From an uncultured virus (IMG/VR IMGVR_UViG_3300050343_000259) (taxonomy: Duplodnaviria > Heunggongvirae > Uroviricota > Caudoviricetes), in IMG/VR virus record IMGVR_UViG_3300050343_000259: a stretch of DNA of 64,000 nt, one strand, 5' to 3'. The notes under the pieces were generated by a model, which was given only the letters and a program-made list of their open reading frames with translations, ran no database searches and was not told the DNA's origin. Positions 41,578 through 50,790 of the stretch are shown piece by piece (within the stretch, counting starts at the first letter, position 1; every line of letters starts with the position of its first letter). The translations under genes were made by a program, and so were the position numbers.

Positions 41578-43008
41578 TTAGTAATCTCCGAACATAAATT
41601 CTCCATCAAAACCTCTTGTTGAGGAAGATATGTTTGTATTGTTTTTAATTTGTGTTTGTATTGGTTTAGTCGGTAACGGTGGCAATGTTGGACTCGTAGG
41701 TCTTGTCGGTCTTGTTGAACCTTGTTCGCAACATCTTTTTAATATATCGTATGCCTGATTATATGATAGTGTAAATCCAATACCTGCTGCATAAGTAGTA
41801 AATGTGCTTACTACATTTGGTATAGCAGTTTGTGGCTGACCGAATGCACTAGCATTTCTGAATTGTATGCAAAATTCTTCAGGTACATTTTCACAAGAAT
41901 AATCGCCTGATTGGTTAGATGGTTCACAACAAGAACAATAATCTGTTCCATTTGCTTGGTCATAGTACCAATTTCCTGTATTTGGATTCCAACTTACAGG
42001 GAAACTTCCATTTCCTGCTCTACATCTATCACAGTAATTGTTTTTACCATAGTTATAATTTGGCTGACCAATTGTTCCTCCCATTGCAAGATTTACCCAA
42101 TTTGGGTCATTACAAGGGTTATCACCTGTGTTACCATCACGACAACATTTTTGTAATAAACCATATGCTTGGTCATAAGTAAGAGTAACTCCATAACCAC
42201 TTGCGTAAGTAATAAATGGTATTACAGTTCCTTGCATATTAGGTGAATCTTTTCCAAATGCAAATGCTTGATTAAACTTAATGCACCATTCTTGTGTTAC
42301 AAATGAGCAATCAAAAGAAATCGGGTCATCTGTAGGCTCATCTATTGGTAATTCATAACCTTTACATAAGCATCTTTCAGCTAATAAAGCCTTTGCTTGT
42401 GCGTTGTCAATATTATACATTGATGCTACTGTAGCAGCTATTGTATTCATAGCACCGCCATTTCCTGAAATATAGGCTTGATAATATTTATCACAATATG
42501 CATCAACATTTGAATAATCATTTACAGGAGGTACTGAAATAGAAGGTCTTACAGGTCTTACAGGTTGAGCCGTTTGACCCAATGGTATTTCACGATTATA
42601 TACTTGAGGTACTGATGGCTCTATACCACCTGTACTTAAAAGCATATCTATGTAAGAAATTTTGTTTACTAGAAGTTGTTGCCATTTAGGGTATGTTCCT
42701 GCTGATGCTAATCCATTAAGTGTATTAACATTTACATTTCTTCTGTTTTGTAAAAATGAAACCCCAAACTTTTTAAATCCATCAATCATATTATTTTGGA
42801 ATATAACGGATGGTTGAATATCTTCTTTATCTTGATTTAGTGTGCCTATATTTTGACTTCCTGTACCTGCTTGTGCATAAGGGCTTTGAGATGGACAAGG
42901 TGTATTTCTTAATATTACCGTACCATCTGAATAAACACATTTAAATGTATATACATTATCATCTGAGCCTACAAATTGTCCTTGTCCTTGTCCTGTTAAT
43001 TCTGCCAT
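41578..43008 (-). CDS. Cys-rich repeat protein
   Basis: Probable start MAELTG at 43008; repeats C..V..E[WF]CI.F..A.AFG...Y.QAY..L..CC; ends RGFDGEFMFGDY. Confidence 0.8.
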   Translation of the reverse strand: MAELTGQGQGQFVGSDDNVYTFKCVYSDGTVILRNTPCPSQSPYAQAGTGSQNIGTLNQDKEDIQPSVIFQNNMIDGFKKFGVSFLQNRRNVNVNTLNGLASAGTYPKWQQLLVNKISYIDMLLSTGGIEPSVPQVYNREIPLGQTAQPVRPVRPSISVPPVNDYSNVDAYCDKYYQAYISGNGGAMNTIAATVASMYNIDNAQAKALLAERCLCKGYELPIDEPTDDPISFDCSFVTQEWCIKFNQAFAFGKDSPNMQGTVIPFITYASGYGVTLTYDQAYGLLQKCCRDGNTGDNPCNDPNWVNLAMGGTIGQPNYNYGKNNYCDRCRAGNGSFPVSWNPNTGNWYYDQANGTDYCSCCEPSNQSGDYSCENVPEEFCIQFRNASAFGQPQTAIPNVVSTFTTYAAGIGFTLSYNQAYDILKRCCEQGSTRPTRPTSPTLPPLPTKPIQTQIKNNTNISSSTRGFDGEFMFGDY

Positions 43009-43009
43009 A

Positions 43010-43504
43010 TTATATATTATTTTTATTACCAAAAATTCCTTTAGTGTAAGCATAGTATATACCACCTGCTGCTAAAAGCAATACAATTATAAGTTTGGTG
43101 TTACTACTACCCATTCCTGCTTCCAATACATCTCCCTCAGCCCCTGTTGTTTCAACTGAACTTGTCACTTCTGTATCATCAGAACTAGATGCGGCACAAT
43201 CCTTATAAAAATCAAGCCTATCTTGATTAGATGCAAATTTCATTGTCATAGCTGCATCTACACAACTTTGTGGAATTTTGGTTCTTGTCCCACCCTCTCT
43301 AAAACCTGCATTTGGGTTATTAGGATTACCACCTCTTCTATTAGGTGGATTTGTTCTTGCATTTATATAATCTTCAACCTCAGAGTTCATTTCTATTTCA
43401 CCTGATGCTACTGCTTCTTGAACTACCCTTATTTGGGCTTCACGAACTGCCGGTGAGTCAAATCTGCTTCCACCTTGATTGCTTCTTCCTCTTATAAATG
43501 CCAT
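43010..43504 (-). CDS. tail-anchored protein
   Basis: EAGMG + TM + YYAYTKGIF (same tail as 29567/29954). Confidence 0.8.
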   Translation of the reverse strand: MAFIRGRSNQGGSRFDSPAVREAQIRVVQEAVASGEIEMNSEVEDYINARTNPPNRRGGNPNNPNAGFREGGTRTKIPQSCVDAAMTMKFASNQDRLDFYKDCAASSSDDTEVTSSVETTGAEGDVLEAGMGSSNTKLIIVLLLAAGGIYYAYTKGIFGNKNNI

Positions 43505-43511
43505 ATTCTAT

Positions 43512-43775
43512 TTATTTTTTAAAATATTTTTGATAAGCTAGTAAACCAATTACACCGGCAGCTACACCAATCCAATAATTTTTTTCACTAAAAATATTTG
43601 TGTATGAATCAGCATCTCCACTCATTCTTCTATATCCTCTTCTGCTTCCTCCTGCTGAAGAACCTGATTTACCTGTGCATTGATAACCACTACATCCTCC
43701 ACATCCTTTTGGACATCCTACATTTGCATCACAGTAATAAGCACTACACGGTTTTTTACTTGCATTAATTGCCAT
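43512..43775 (-). CDS. small Cys-rich tail-anchored protein
   Basis: MAIN start, six Cys, TM. Confidence 0.75.
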   Translation of the reverse strand: MAINASKKPCSAYYCDANVGCPKGCGGCSGYQCTGKSGSSAGGSRRGYRRMSGDADSYTNIFSEKNYWIGVAAGVIGLLAYQKYFKK

Positions 43776-43800
43776 ATCTTTTATTTTTATTTGTTAATTA

Positions 43801-44259
43801 TTAATCGTTAAACCACATTTGGTCGTTATATCCACCAAATCCTTTTTGGTTGAAATTTGAGTATGAGCCACACCCACCTGCATTATAAAATGTTCCATCA
43901 AAACCTGAAGTTGGTCCTACACTTACAGGTCCTTGACTTGCACCACCTAATGCATTTCCGTTACAATCTACATTAGCACTAGGGTTGTAATTAAGTGCTG
44001 ATGGGTCAGTACATCCTGAAACAGGGGCTATACAAGAACCATCATCTTGATTTGCGTTAGGGTTATAGTTTAAGCTACCTGCGGTAGTACATCCTAAAAT
44101 TGGTGCAGGTGCATATTGACAAGGGCAACTTGCAGTTGGATTACCACCACCTACTGATGAATTACCAAGCCCTGTTGATATACTTCCTGCTACTCCTCCG
44201 CCTATTGTTCCTACTTGATTAAGCCAAGCATAATTTTCATTGTTTCTTAAAAAACTCAT
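43801..44259 (-). CDS. Cys-rich GCT..repeat protein, paralog of 37037-37486
   Basis: CPC, two repeats, YSNFNQKGFGGYNDQMWFND. Confidence 0.8.
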   Translation of the reverse strand: MSFLRNNENYAWLNQVGTIGGGVAGSISTGLGNSSVGGGNPTASCPCQYAPAPILGCTTAGSLNYNPNANQDDGSCIAPVSGCTDPSALNYNPSANVDCNGNALGGASQGPVSVGPTSGFDGTFYNAGGCGSYSNFNQKGFGGYNDQMWFND

Positions 44260-44286
44260 ATTTCTTTTTTTTATAATTATTTAATT

Positions 44287-44334
44287 AAAGGAAAGAGAAA
44301 GGGGACACACCCTCCCCTTGACTAAAAAGTCAAT
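44287..44334 (-). terminator. Hairpin pair / putative intrinsic terminator
   Basis: TTGACT-AAAA-AGTCAA and AAGGGGA...TCCCCTT stems, followed on - by a pyrimidine-rich tract. Confidence 0.45.
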
Positions 44335-44354
44335 CTCAATCCCGATTTATTTAT

Positions 44355-45197
44355 TTAAGGTACATCATCAAAAAATTGTTGTACCGATTGCACTTCGCTT
44401 TCTGTTCCTGTTTGTCCATCAAATGATAAAGCATCAGGACCTGAAAAACCAAATCCTTTACCCATTCCATAACTATGAGTCATAGAACTTTGCTTTGGGT
44501 AGTCATCTACAAAAGCATATTTACTTTTATAAAACTTACCTAATGGACTATCATACTTTTCTCCGAATCCGGGAACATTAAAATTGCTATATCCTGAAAA
44601 TCCACTAAAACCTGCACTTTTAAGTGCTTCATCACTAACATCTGCACCGTTTATAATGCTATTAAATAGTCCTTCAGTAATTTTCATATCTTCGCAATTA
44701 CATACTTCCCAAAGAAAACCTGAACTTTTACATAATCCGTACCATCTTCCTAATTGTTTTGCAGTTGAAGGACCTAAATCACCATCAACAGTAAGGTTGG
44801 AATGTTGATAGGGTGTACTTGGTAAACAAGCCCAATTGTATTCACTTCCCTGTCCTAATGAACTTCCGGGATTATGTTTTTCGTTTATTGCTAATTGTAG
44901 TTGAGCAACTTGTTTACAAGAATCTCCAACTCTTAAAGGAAAAGAACAACTTCCTAATACGGTAGTTTCTCCTTCATTAGGTTTATACTTAGGGTCTAGG
45001 TCATTTATTCTGTTTTTCTCTTCATCAGTCAGATTATTTTCATCTTTATTTCGTAATATATCTAACTCTCTTCTTTCTGAAGATGATAATTTATTTGTTT
45101 TAGTTTTTTTAAACAAAGCCCTAACTCCAAAAAATAATCCGGTAGCTAATGCTAATCCTCCTAAACTATATAATGCTATTTTTGTTGTTTTTTCCAT
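44355..45197 (-). CDS. N-terminal TM + PG-binding-like domain with Cys insertions
   Basis: FPLRVGDSCKQVAQLQLAIN...LTVDGDLGPST. Confidence 0.75.
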   Translation of the reverse strand: MEKTTKIALYSLGGLALATGLFFGVRALFKKTKTNKLSSSERRELDILRNKDENNLTDEEKNRINDLDPKYKPNEGETTVLGSCSFPLRVGDSCKQVAQLQLAINEKHNPGSSLGQGSEYNWACLPSTPYQHSNLTVDGDLGPSTAKQLGRWYGLCKSSGFLWEVCNCEDMKITEGLFNSIINGADVSDEALKSAGFSGFSGYSNFNVPGFGEKYDSPLGKFYKSKYAFVDDYPKQSSMTHSYGMGKGFGFSGPDALSFDGQTGTESEVQSVQQFFDDVP

Positions 45198-45198
45198 A

Positions 45199-45654
45199 TT
45201 ATGCGTTTCTAAATGGTGGTTTTTGAGATAGTATTTGTCCTATTTGACTAACTGTACCTTTATTTAAATCACCTATTTTTGTTCTTAAATCTCCATATCC
45301 TTTTTCTTCAAACTTCTGTGCAACCTGACTTAATGCTACACCATCAGGAAGTGACCTCATAACTCCAATAATTTCATTTTTATCATCGCTAAAAATACCA
45401 AATGCATCACCTAGCTTTCTTGCTTTTTGTAAAGCTAGACCGGGTGTAAGCAAAATATGTCCTCCATTGCTATAAGATGTATAATAAGTTGGACTAAACC
45501 ATTCATTATAATTACTAATATTGGCTCCTTCTCCCCCAATAGCAGAATATATTTCAGTAAATAATTTTTTTCTTCTAATTGAAGTGACAACTAAATACAC
45601 AATACCTAATCCGGCAACTGATGCTCCTAATGTTATTTTTTGCTTTCTAGTCAT
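45199..45654 (-). CDS. N-terminal TM + annexin-like repeat
   Basis: ARKLGDAFGIFSDDKNEIIGVMRSL...LSQVAQKFEEKGYGDLRTKI. Confidence 0.6.
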   Translation of the reverse strand: MTRKQKITLGASVAGLGIVYLVVTSIRRKKLFTEIYSAIGGEGANISNYNEWFSPTYYTSYSNGGHILLTPGLALQKARKLGDAFGIFSDDKNEIIGVMRSLPDGVALSQVAQKFEEKGYGDLRTKIGDLNKGTVSQIGQILSQKPPFRNA

Positions 45655-46097
45655 TATTGTCCTATTGCTTTTTGACCTCCGCCTATTTGTCCTGCTTCTG
45701 ACATTCCTCTTGTTCCTATTGCTGCACCAAGTCTTTTTGCTCCTTCAGGAGTTTTAACAATATTATAAATCATTAAACCTGCTCCTCCCACAATAATTAA
45801 TACAATTATCTTAGAGATAGTAGAACCAAAATTTATAGAGTTTCCAATAAAATCAAATACTCCTTTTCCTGTATCGGTCAATCTGTCTAAAACATCTCTA
45901 TCTAATTGAACACCTTGTTCTTCCATATACTCTCGTAATTCAACGGAATCCCCCGGCATTTCTTTATCAAAATTCATCATCCAAAGTTGATTGGCTTGTG
46001 ATTTTCCAACACAACTTTTTAATGACTTATGCCATTCTATCCAAGTAGAGAAACTACTTTGATTAGTAGGTATTATTAAACAGGCATCTTTGCTCAT
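45654..46097 (-). CDS. membrane protein
   Basis: Trp-rich N-domain, TM near C-terminus. Confidence 0.75.
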   Translation of the reverse strand: MSKDACLIIPTNQSSFSTWIEWHKSLKSCVGKSQANQLWMMNFDKEMPGDSVELREYMEEQGVQLDRDVLDRLTDTGKGVFDFIGNSINFGSTISKIIVLIIVGGAGLMIYNIVKTPEGAKRLGAAIGTRGMSEAGQIGGGQKAIGQ

Positions 46098-46103
46098 ATT
46101 TAT

Positions 46104-46625
46104 TTAATCAATTATTTTGACAACAACAACAACTATTAAAGCTGCTAATAAAAAAGTGTTAGTGTCTATACCTGCTGCTATATTATTATCTTCTATAGGT
46201 TCTTCAGCATCACAAAGAGAATTTGCTATTTCTAATTCTAAAAAATTATTATCTTTAGATACTGTTGGTTTTTCACTTTTGACTGCAATCTTTTTTATTA
46301 CATCTTCTTTTACTACTTTTTCTTTTGGCTCAAATGCATCATCTCTTTCAATACGAGTAACATTTTCTAACTTATCTCTTTTTTCTTTTTCTAAAGACAA
46401 AGAATTTAATTTAGATTTAAGTATCATTTCATCTTCTTCACAATTAGGCTCAATAGATGAAACTTCATTAATCATATCTGTTAAGTCATCATACTCCATA
46501 TGGTTAGCCATTCGTGATGAATTGGACTTATTACGATTAGGAATATTATATACTGTTACATTATCATCTCCCCAAGCTGAATTGCTTTTTCTAAATGCAT
46601 CTTTATGATTATTAAGAAATGCCAT
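46104..46625 (-). CDS. tail-anchored protein
   Basis: Probable start MAFLNNH at 46625; AAGID + TM. Confidence 0.75.
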   Translation of the reverse strand: MAFLNNHKDAFRKSNSAWGDDNVTVYNIPNRNKSNSSRMANHMEYDDLTDMINEVSSIEPNCEEDEMILKSKLNSLSLEKEKRDKLENVTRIERDDAFEPKEKVVKEDVIKKIAVKSEKPTVSKDNNFLELEIANSLCDAEEPIEDNNIAAGIDTNTFLLAALIVVVVVKIID

Positions 46626-46626
46626 A

Positions 46627-47097
46627 TTATGTAATATTTTGTATTGATGAAATTTTACAAGATTTTCTAGCCATATTATATGCCGTTTTAAATCCGGGAC
46701 CAATATAACCATCTACTCCACCTGAAGAATCAATTATAACCTTGATGTCAGGACTTAAATCAGACAGATTCATTTGCATTTTTTCGATTTCGGAAGATGA
46801 ATAATCATCTGCCTTAATACCATCCGCAGTATATGGGTCTGCCGGTGCTTCACAAGTTGGTGCCGTTGTAGGATTATTTTCTTTTTCTTTTTTTGCAAAA
46901 AGTTCAGAAAACAAATTTCCAATTGTTGTGCCCAAACTATCTACGGTGCTAGTTGATGGGTCATTTTGAATTGAACCGCCCCCTCCTGTAGTAGTAATAG
47001 TTGTTGTAGTTCCGGGTTTTCTAGTAAGCAAATAAACCCCAACACCTAATGCTCCAACTACACCAACACCAATAAGAATCTTATTAGTATCTGTCAT
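46627..47097 (-). CDS. N-terminal TM protein with PG-binding-like C-terminus
   Basis: IEKMQMNL...GGVDGYIGPGF. Confidence 0.7.
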   Translation of the reverse strand: MTDTNKILIGVGVVGALGVGVYLLTRKPGTTTTITTTGGGGSIQNDPSTSTVDSLGTTIGNLFSELFAKKEKENNPTTAPTCEAPADPYTADGIKADDYSSSEIEKMQMNLSDLSPDIKVIIDSSGGVDGYIGPGFKTAYNMARKSCKISSIQNIT

Positions 47098-47101
47098 AAT
47101 T

Positions 47102-47458
47102 TTACTTTTTTAAATATTTGTTATAAGCCCAAAATCCTACTAAAAGTGCTCCTGCAATAAATACTACTTTCTTAGTTGGAAAGTTAGATACACTTGCACC
47201 TGCCGTTACTTCTGAACTTCCTAAACTTACTGAACCGCTAACGGCTGCTCCTCTTGGAAACTCTATATTTTCATCAGCATTATCTAATACCACTTGCTCT
47301 TTAGTTCTTGGTGCATCAGGAATAAATCCTTCGCCATTCATATTAATGAATTCTTCATTTTCAATGAATTTTGCTCCATACTTGTTTTTTTGCTCTCCTA
47401 CCCACTCGCTGAATGGAGTATCTGAACCTGATAATTTGTAAACTTGATTTGCAGTCAT
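47102..47458 (-). CDS. tail-anchored protein
   Basis: FINMNG; C-terminal TM + KK. Confidence 0.75.
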   Translation of the reverse strand: MTANQVYKLSGSDTPFSEWVGEQKNKYGAKFIENEEFINMNGEGFIPDAPRTKEQVVLDNADENIEFPRGAAVSGSVSLGSSEVTAGASVSNFPTKKVVFIAGALLVGFWAYNKYLKK

Positions 47459-47491
47459 TTTTTTTTGATTTTAATTGTTAATTGTTATTAT

Positions 47492-48085
47492 TTATTTTTT
47501 TAAGACAAGAACTAAAAGCATAATTCCTACTAATGCTCCTGCACCTATCATTAAATTCTTTTTTTCTTTATCGGCTTTTGCAGTTTCACGATTTATTAAA
47601 GCCTGTGCTTCATTAAATGTTCTTTCAGTTGCTGCTGCCGAGTCCTTGCCCAATTGTGTTAATTGCTCTCTTATAGCATCTAGTTCTTTGTTTTTTTCTG
47701 CTACATCTGCAATACCTGCATCAATAGAAGATTCTACTGTAGTATTTACCTGACAATCTCTAGCATCCATAAAACTAACTACTTTACCTTTGTGGAATGT
47801 AGCTGCCTTTCTTTTTCTCTTAGGAACTCTACTATTACCTGTATTAGAGTTATAGATGTTTTGAAAGAAATCTTTACACTCTTGTAAGTCTACACAACTA
47901 TCTCCTGCTGCGTAATCACAATCAGCTTTTTGACTTGCCAATTCGGCATTATATCTGTCACTTTCGGCTCCTTTAGGGTTAGTTATATCTTTAAACCAAG
48001 ACCCTCCAATAAAGCCGGGATGATTTAAGAATTCACCATCTGTAAGAGATGATACATTTTGATTTGAATCACTATCTAAAAACAT
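47492..48085 (-). CDS. tail-anchored helical protein, NHPGF family
   Basis: FLNHPGFIGGSWFKD; FMDARDC shared with 48089. Confidence 0.8.
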   Translation of the reverse strand: MFLDSDSNQNVSSLTDGEFLNHPGFIGGSWFKDITNPKGAESDRYNAELASQKADCDYAAGDSCVDLQECKDFFQNIYNSNTGNSRVPKRKRKAATFHKGKVVSFMDARDCQVNTTVESSIDAGIADVAEKNKELDAIREQLTQLGKDSAAATERTFNEAQALINRETAKADKEKKNLMIGAGALVGIMLLVLVLKK

Positions 48086-48088
48086 AAT

Positions 48089-48919
48089 TTATTTCTTTTT
48101 TAATATTAATACTGCAATGACTATAGCTGCTCCAATCATAATCATTTTATTTCTTTTTGCTAACTCAGCATTATCTTCTGCTGCTATTGCTGCTGCTGCA
48201 TCTGACTCTTCTTTTATTAGTTCTATTTCTTGATTATATGCTGCATCTGATGTTTCTTTTTCTATTTGTGCTAATTCTGCTGCTGCTGCTGCATCTTCTG
48301 CTGCTGCTTCTGCTGCATTTTGTGCAATTTGAGCAGTATCAATAGCTGAGGTTGTGCCATTACAATCTCTTGCATCCATAAATCCTGAAACCTTACTTAA
48401 AGCATCAGAAATTTCACTTAAATATTTTGCTCTATAATCTCTATCAAATTCGTGTACTACCGAAGCATTACTCCAATCATTCATTAAAGAATTTAAACTT
48501 TCAGTAACACTAACATACTCTGCACAAGTCATATCTGAAGTAAATGGAACTAAGTTTTTTACTCTTGATTTAACTGAAGCAAGACTACTACTCATAGTAG
48601 CTAAATTAAGTCCGTGTGAGTTTAAACTTCTAGCTTTTGTATCATATGCTTCTTTGATTGCTTGATTTGAAGAGTAATCTCCAATTTTAAAGCCGGGTGT
48701 TTGGCACAGAATACCCATAAAACCTCTACAAGGAGTATATCCTGCATTTTGGAAACCTGCCTTACCGGGGAAAATATTATATTTTATAACAAATTCTCTG
48801 TAATTTACACTTGCAGCAGCATTATAATATTCTCCACTTGCATAAAGTGAGTTGTCCTGCATTGCATCTGTGTCAAAATTTCCAAAACTATTTGCGTTAA
48901 AGTCGCTATCTATAAACAT
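48089..48919 (-). CDS. tail-anchored helical protein, paralog of 47492
   Basis: MFIDSD start, FMDARDC, Ala-rich coiled coil, TM. Confidence 0.8.
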   Translation of the reverse strand: MFIDSDFNANSFGNFDTDAMQDNSLYASGEYYNAAASVNYREFVIKYNIFPGKAGFQNAGYTPCRGFMGILCQTPGFKIGDYSSNQAIKEAYDTKARSLNSHGLNLATMSSSLASVKSRVKNLVPFTSDMTCAEYVSVTESLNSLMNDWSNASVVHEFDRDYRAKYLSEISDALSKVSGFMDARDCNGTTSAIDTAQIAQNAAEAAAEDAAAAAELAQIEKETSDAAYNQEIELIKEESDAAAAIAAEDNAELAKRNKMIMIGAAIVIAVLILKKK

Positions 48920-48929
48920 ATTTCTTTTT

Positions 48930-49199
48930 TTAATTATCCATTACACCGTTTTTGAAACGGTATGCCCCAAGTTTTAATCCTTCTACTCCTCCAAACTTAG
49001 ATTTTGTTTTACAATCTTTATTTGTGAAAATTCCATCTCCACTATCATCCATACTGTCACAACCTCTGTCCCAAGTTAGTACAGGCTCATATGAATACTT
49101 ATCTCCTCCTACAGTAATAACTGCATCTCCGGATTGATTAAACCAAAGTTCTGTACTATTTTGTGCTCCTGATTGATTAAACCATAAATTGTTTTCCAT
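48930..49199 (-). CDS. small protein with tandem LWFNQSG motifs
   Basis: Probable start MENNLWFNQSG at 49199. Confidence 0.75.
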   Translation of the reverse strand: MENNLWFNQSGAQNSTELWFNQSGDAVITVGGDKYSYEPVLTWDRGCDSMDDSGDGIFTNKDCKTKSKFGGVEGLKLGAYRFKNGVMDN

Positions 49200-49209
49200 T
49201 TTCTTTTTT

Positions 49210-49533
49210 TTAATAATCTCCAAACATAAAATCACTACTACCACCAAATCCAAACCACACATCTGAATTGGCTTTTGTTCCTCCACTTGCATTTAGCATA
49301 GATGGAGTAATATTTTGATAAGGGTCAATCACACTTGTATTAACTCTTGTAGATGTATTACCTGCAACTGCATTTCCTGTTGTAACACTATATTGTTCAG
49401 TTGGACCACCAATACCATCTCCACCAAAAATTGATGAATAATCGCATCCGCTTCCATCAGGTAAACTACATAAAGGATAGCAAGGGTCATTTGTAACATA
49501 TTGTCCGTTACATAACATTGTTTTGTTGCTCAT
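49210..49533 (-). CDS. small Cys-rich protein ending FMFGDY
   Basis: Four Cys at N-terminus; MLNASG. Confidence 0.75.
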   Translation of the reverse strand: MSNKTMLCNGQYVTNDPCYPLCSLPDGSGCDYSSIFGGDGIGGPTEQYSVTTGNAVAGNTSTRVNTSVIDPYQNITPSMLNASGGTKANSDVWFGFGGSSDFMFGDY

Positions 49534-49537
49534 AATT

Positions 49538-50227
49538 TTATCTTTTCATTACTTTATAAATACCATATCCAACTGCTCCAAGAACTAAAAATCCAAGCAT
49601 TAAGTTTGTAGGACTATTTAGACCTCCTGTTGCTGCTGCGGATTGTGTAAATAATTGTTGTTGATTAGCCAAATTGACTTGTTGTGCTTGTTGTTCTGCA
49701 ATACAAGCTGATTCCATAGCATCTTTTATACTTGGTCTACGAATACCTCTTGTTTTTCTTGCTCTTGCATTAACTCTTCTAGAACCTCTACTTCCTCCAT
49801 CTTTATTGGCTTCTAATCTATCTACATCTCCATCTAATCTTTCTAAACTTGATGTAAGAACCGCACAGTTTCCTGTATTAGGATATTCTGCATTTACTTT
49901 AGCTTGTTCTTTAGCTTCTCGTTCTCTTTCAGCTTTCTTTTTACTCCAAGTTATGCCTAAAAATCCGGGATGGTTACTCCATACATCACTATCAGGCATT
50001 GAATTATTATCATCATCAGTTAAGACCATATTTGGTCTATTTCCAATATGATGGTCTAATGTGATTGATTCTTCTCCTGATGCATTAAAAGCAGTACCAA
50101 CTATCTGAGATACTCTTACTGCTTCTTCTTTTGTTACATTTCCTGCTTGATTTGACCAAACTGTGTTGCCCCAAGGCATATCATTTGGTACATCTGAAGC
50201 ATCCATATTTAAAAAGTTATTGTCCAT
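49538..50227 (-). CDS. tail-anchored protein, NHPGF family
   Basis: WSNQAG, FNASG, WSNHPGFLG; Arg-rich helix; TM. Confidence 0.8.
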   Translation of the reverse strand: MDNNFLNMDASDVPNDMPWGNTVWSNQAGNVTKEEAVRVSQIVGTAFNASGEESITLDHHIGNRPNMVLTDDDNNSMPDSDVWSNHPGFLGITWSKKKAEREREAKEQAKVNAEYPNTGNCAVLTSSLERLDGDVDRLEANKDGGSRGSRRVNARARKTRGIRRPSIKDAMESACIAEQQAQQVNLANQQQLFTQSAAATGGLNSPTNLMLGFLVLGAVGYGIYKVMKR

Positions 50228-50389
50228 TTTTTATATTTTTTTATTAAGCTGATTCTTGTCCTTTATAATATCCATAGCCAATTACATAAAATAATAATCC
50301 TACTGATACCATTGATAAAACAAAATTACCTACACTCATTTTCGATACATTTTCTTCTTCTGTTCTTGCCATTTTTTTAATTTTTTTTA

Positions 50390-50779
50390 TTACTTAGCAG
50401 CCGTACCGCCTTTTCTAATTGCATACCCAATTACAAATGCAGTTAAACCAATTCCTAAATATCCCATAACTAATTTGCCTACAGTCATTTTCATAACTCC
50501 TTTATTTTGTGACTCACCTGAAGCATTTTGGAATACTCCACCATCTTGCCACATAGTTTCACGATTTCTTCCTGATTGTTGCCAATTAGTACCCGTAAAA
50601 CTTCTAAAGTTTTGTCTTTGCCCTCTTGGACCATATCTTAATGAGCCTTGTGAAGGAACTCCTCTTGTTTTTGAAACATTAGTTCTAGGTACTTCAACAC
50701 AAATGCCATTTTGACATTCATAATTACAATTTGGACCACAAGTGGGGCACGAATAGGTACTACTACAATTAATTGCCAT
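50390..50779 (-). CDS. Cys-rich tail-anchored protein sharing a block with 27819-28271
   Basis: SFTGTNWQQSGRNRETMWQDGGVFQNASG. Confidence 0.8.
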   Translation of the reverse strand: MAINCSSTYSCPTCGPNCNYECQNGICVEVPRTNVSKTRGVPSQGSLRYGPRGQRQNFRSFTGTNWQQSGRNRETMWQDGGVFQNASGESQNKGVMKMTVGKLVMGYLGIGLTAFVIGYAIRKGGTAAK

Positions 50780-50790
50780 ATCTTTTTTTT

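Noticed and set aside
37037..44259. Diversity-generating retroelement template/variable repeats among the duplicated C-termini
   Set aside because: No reverse transcriptase in the window, and differences are synonymous rather than adenine-specific
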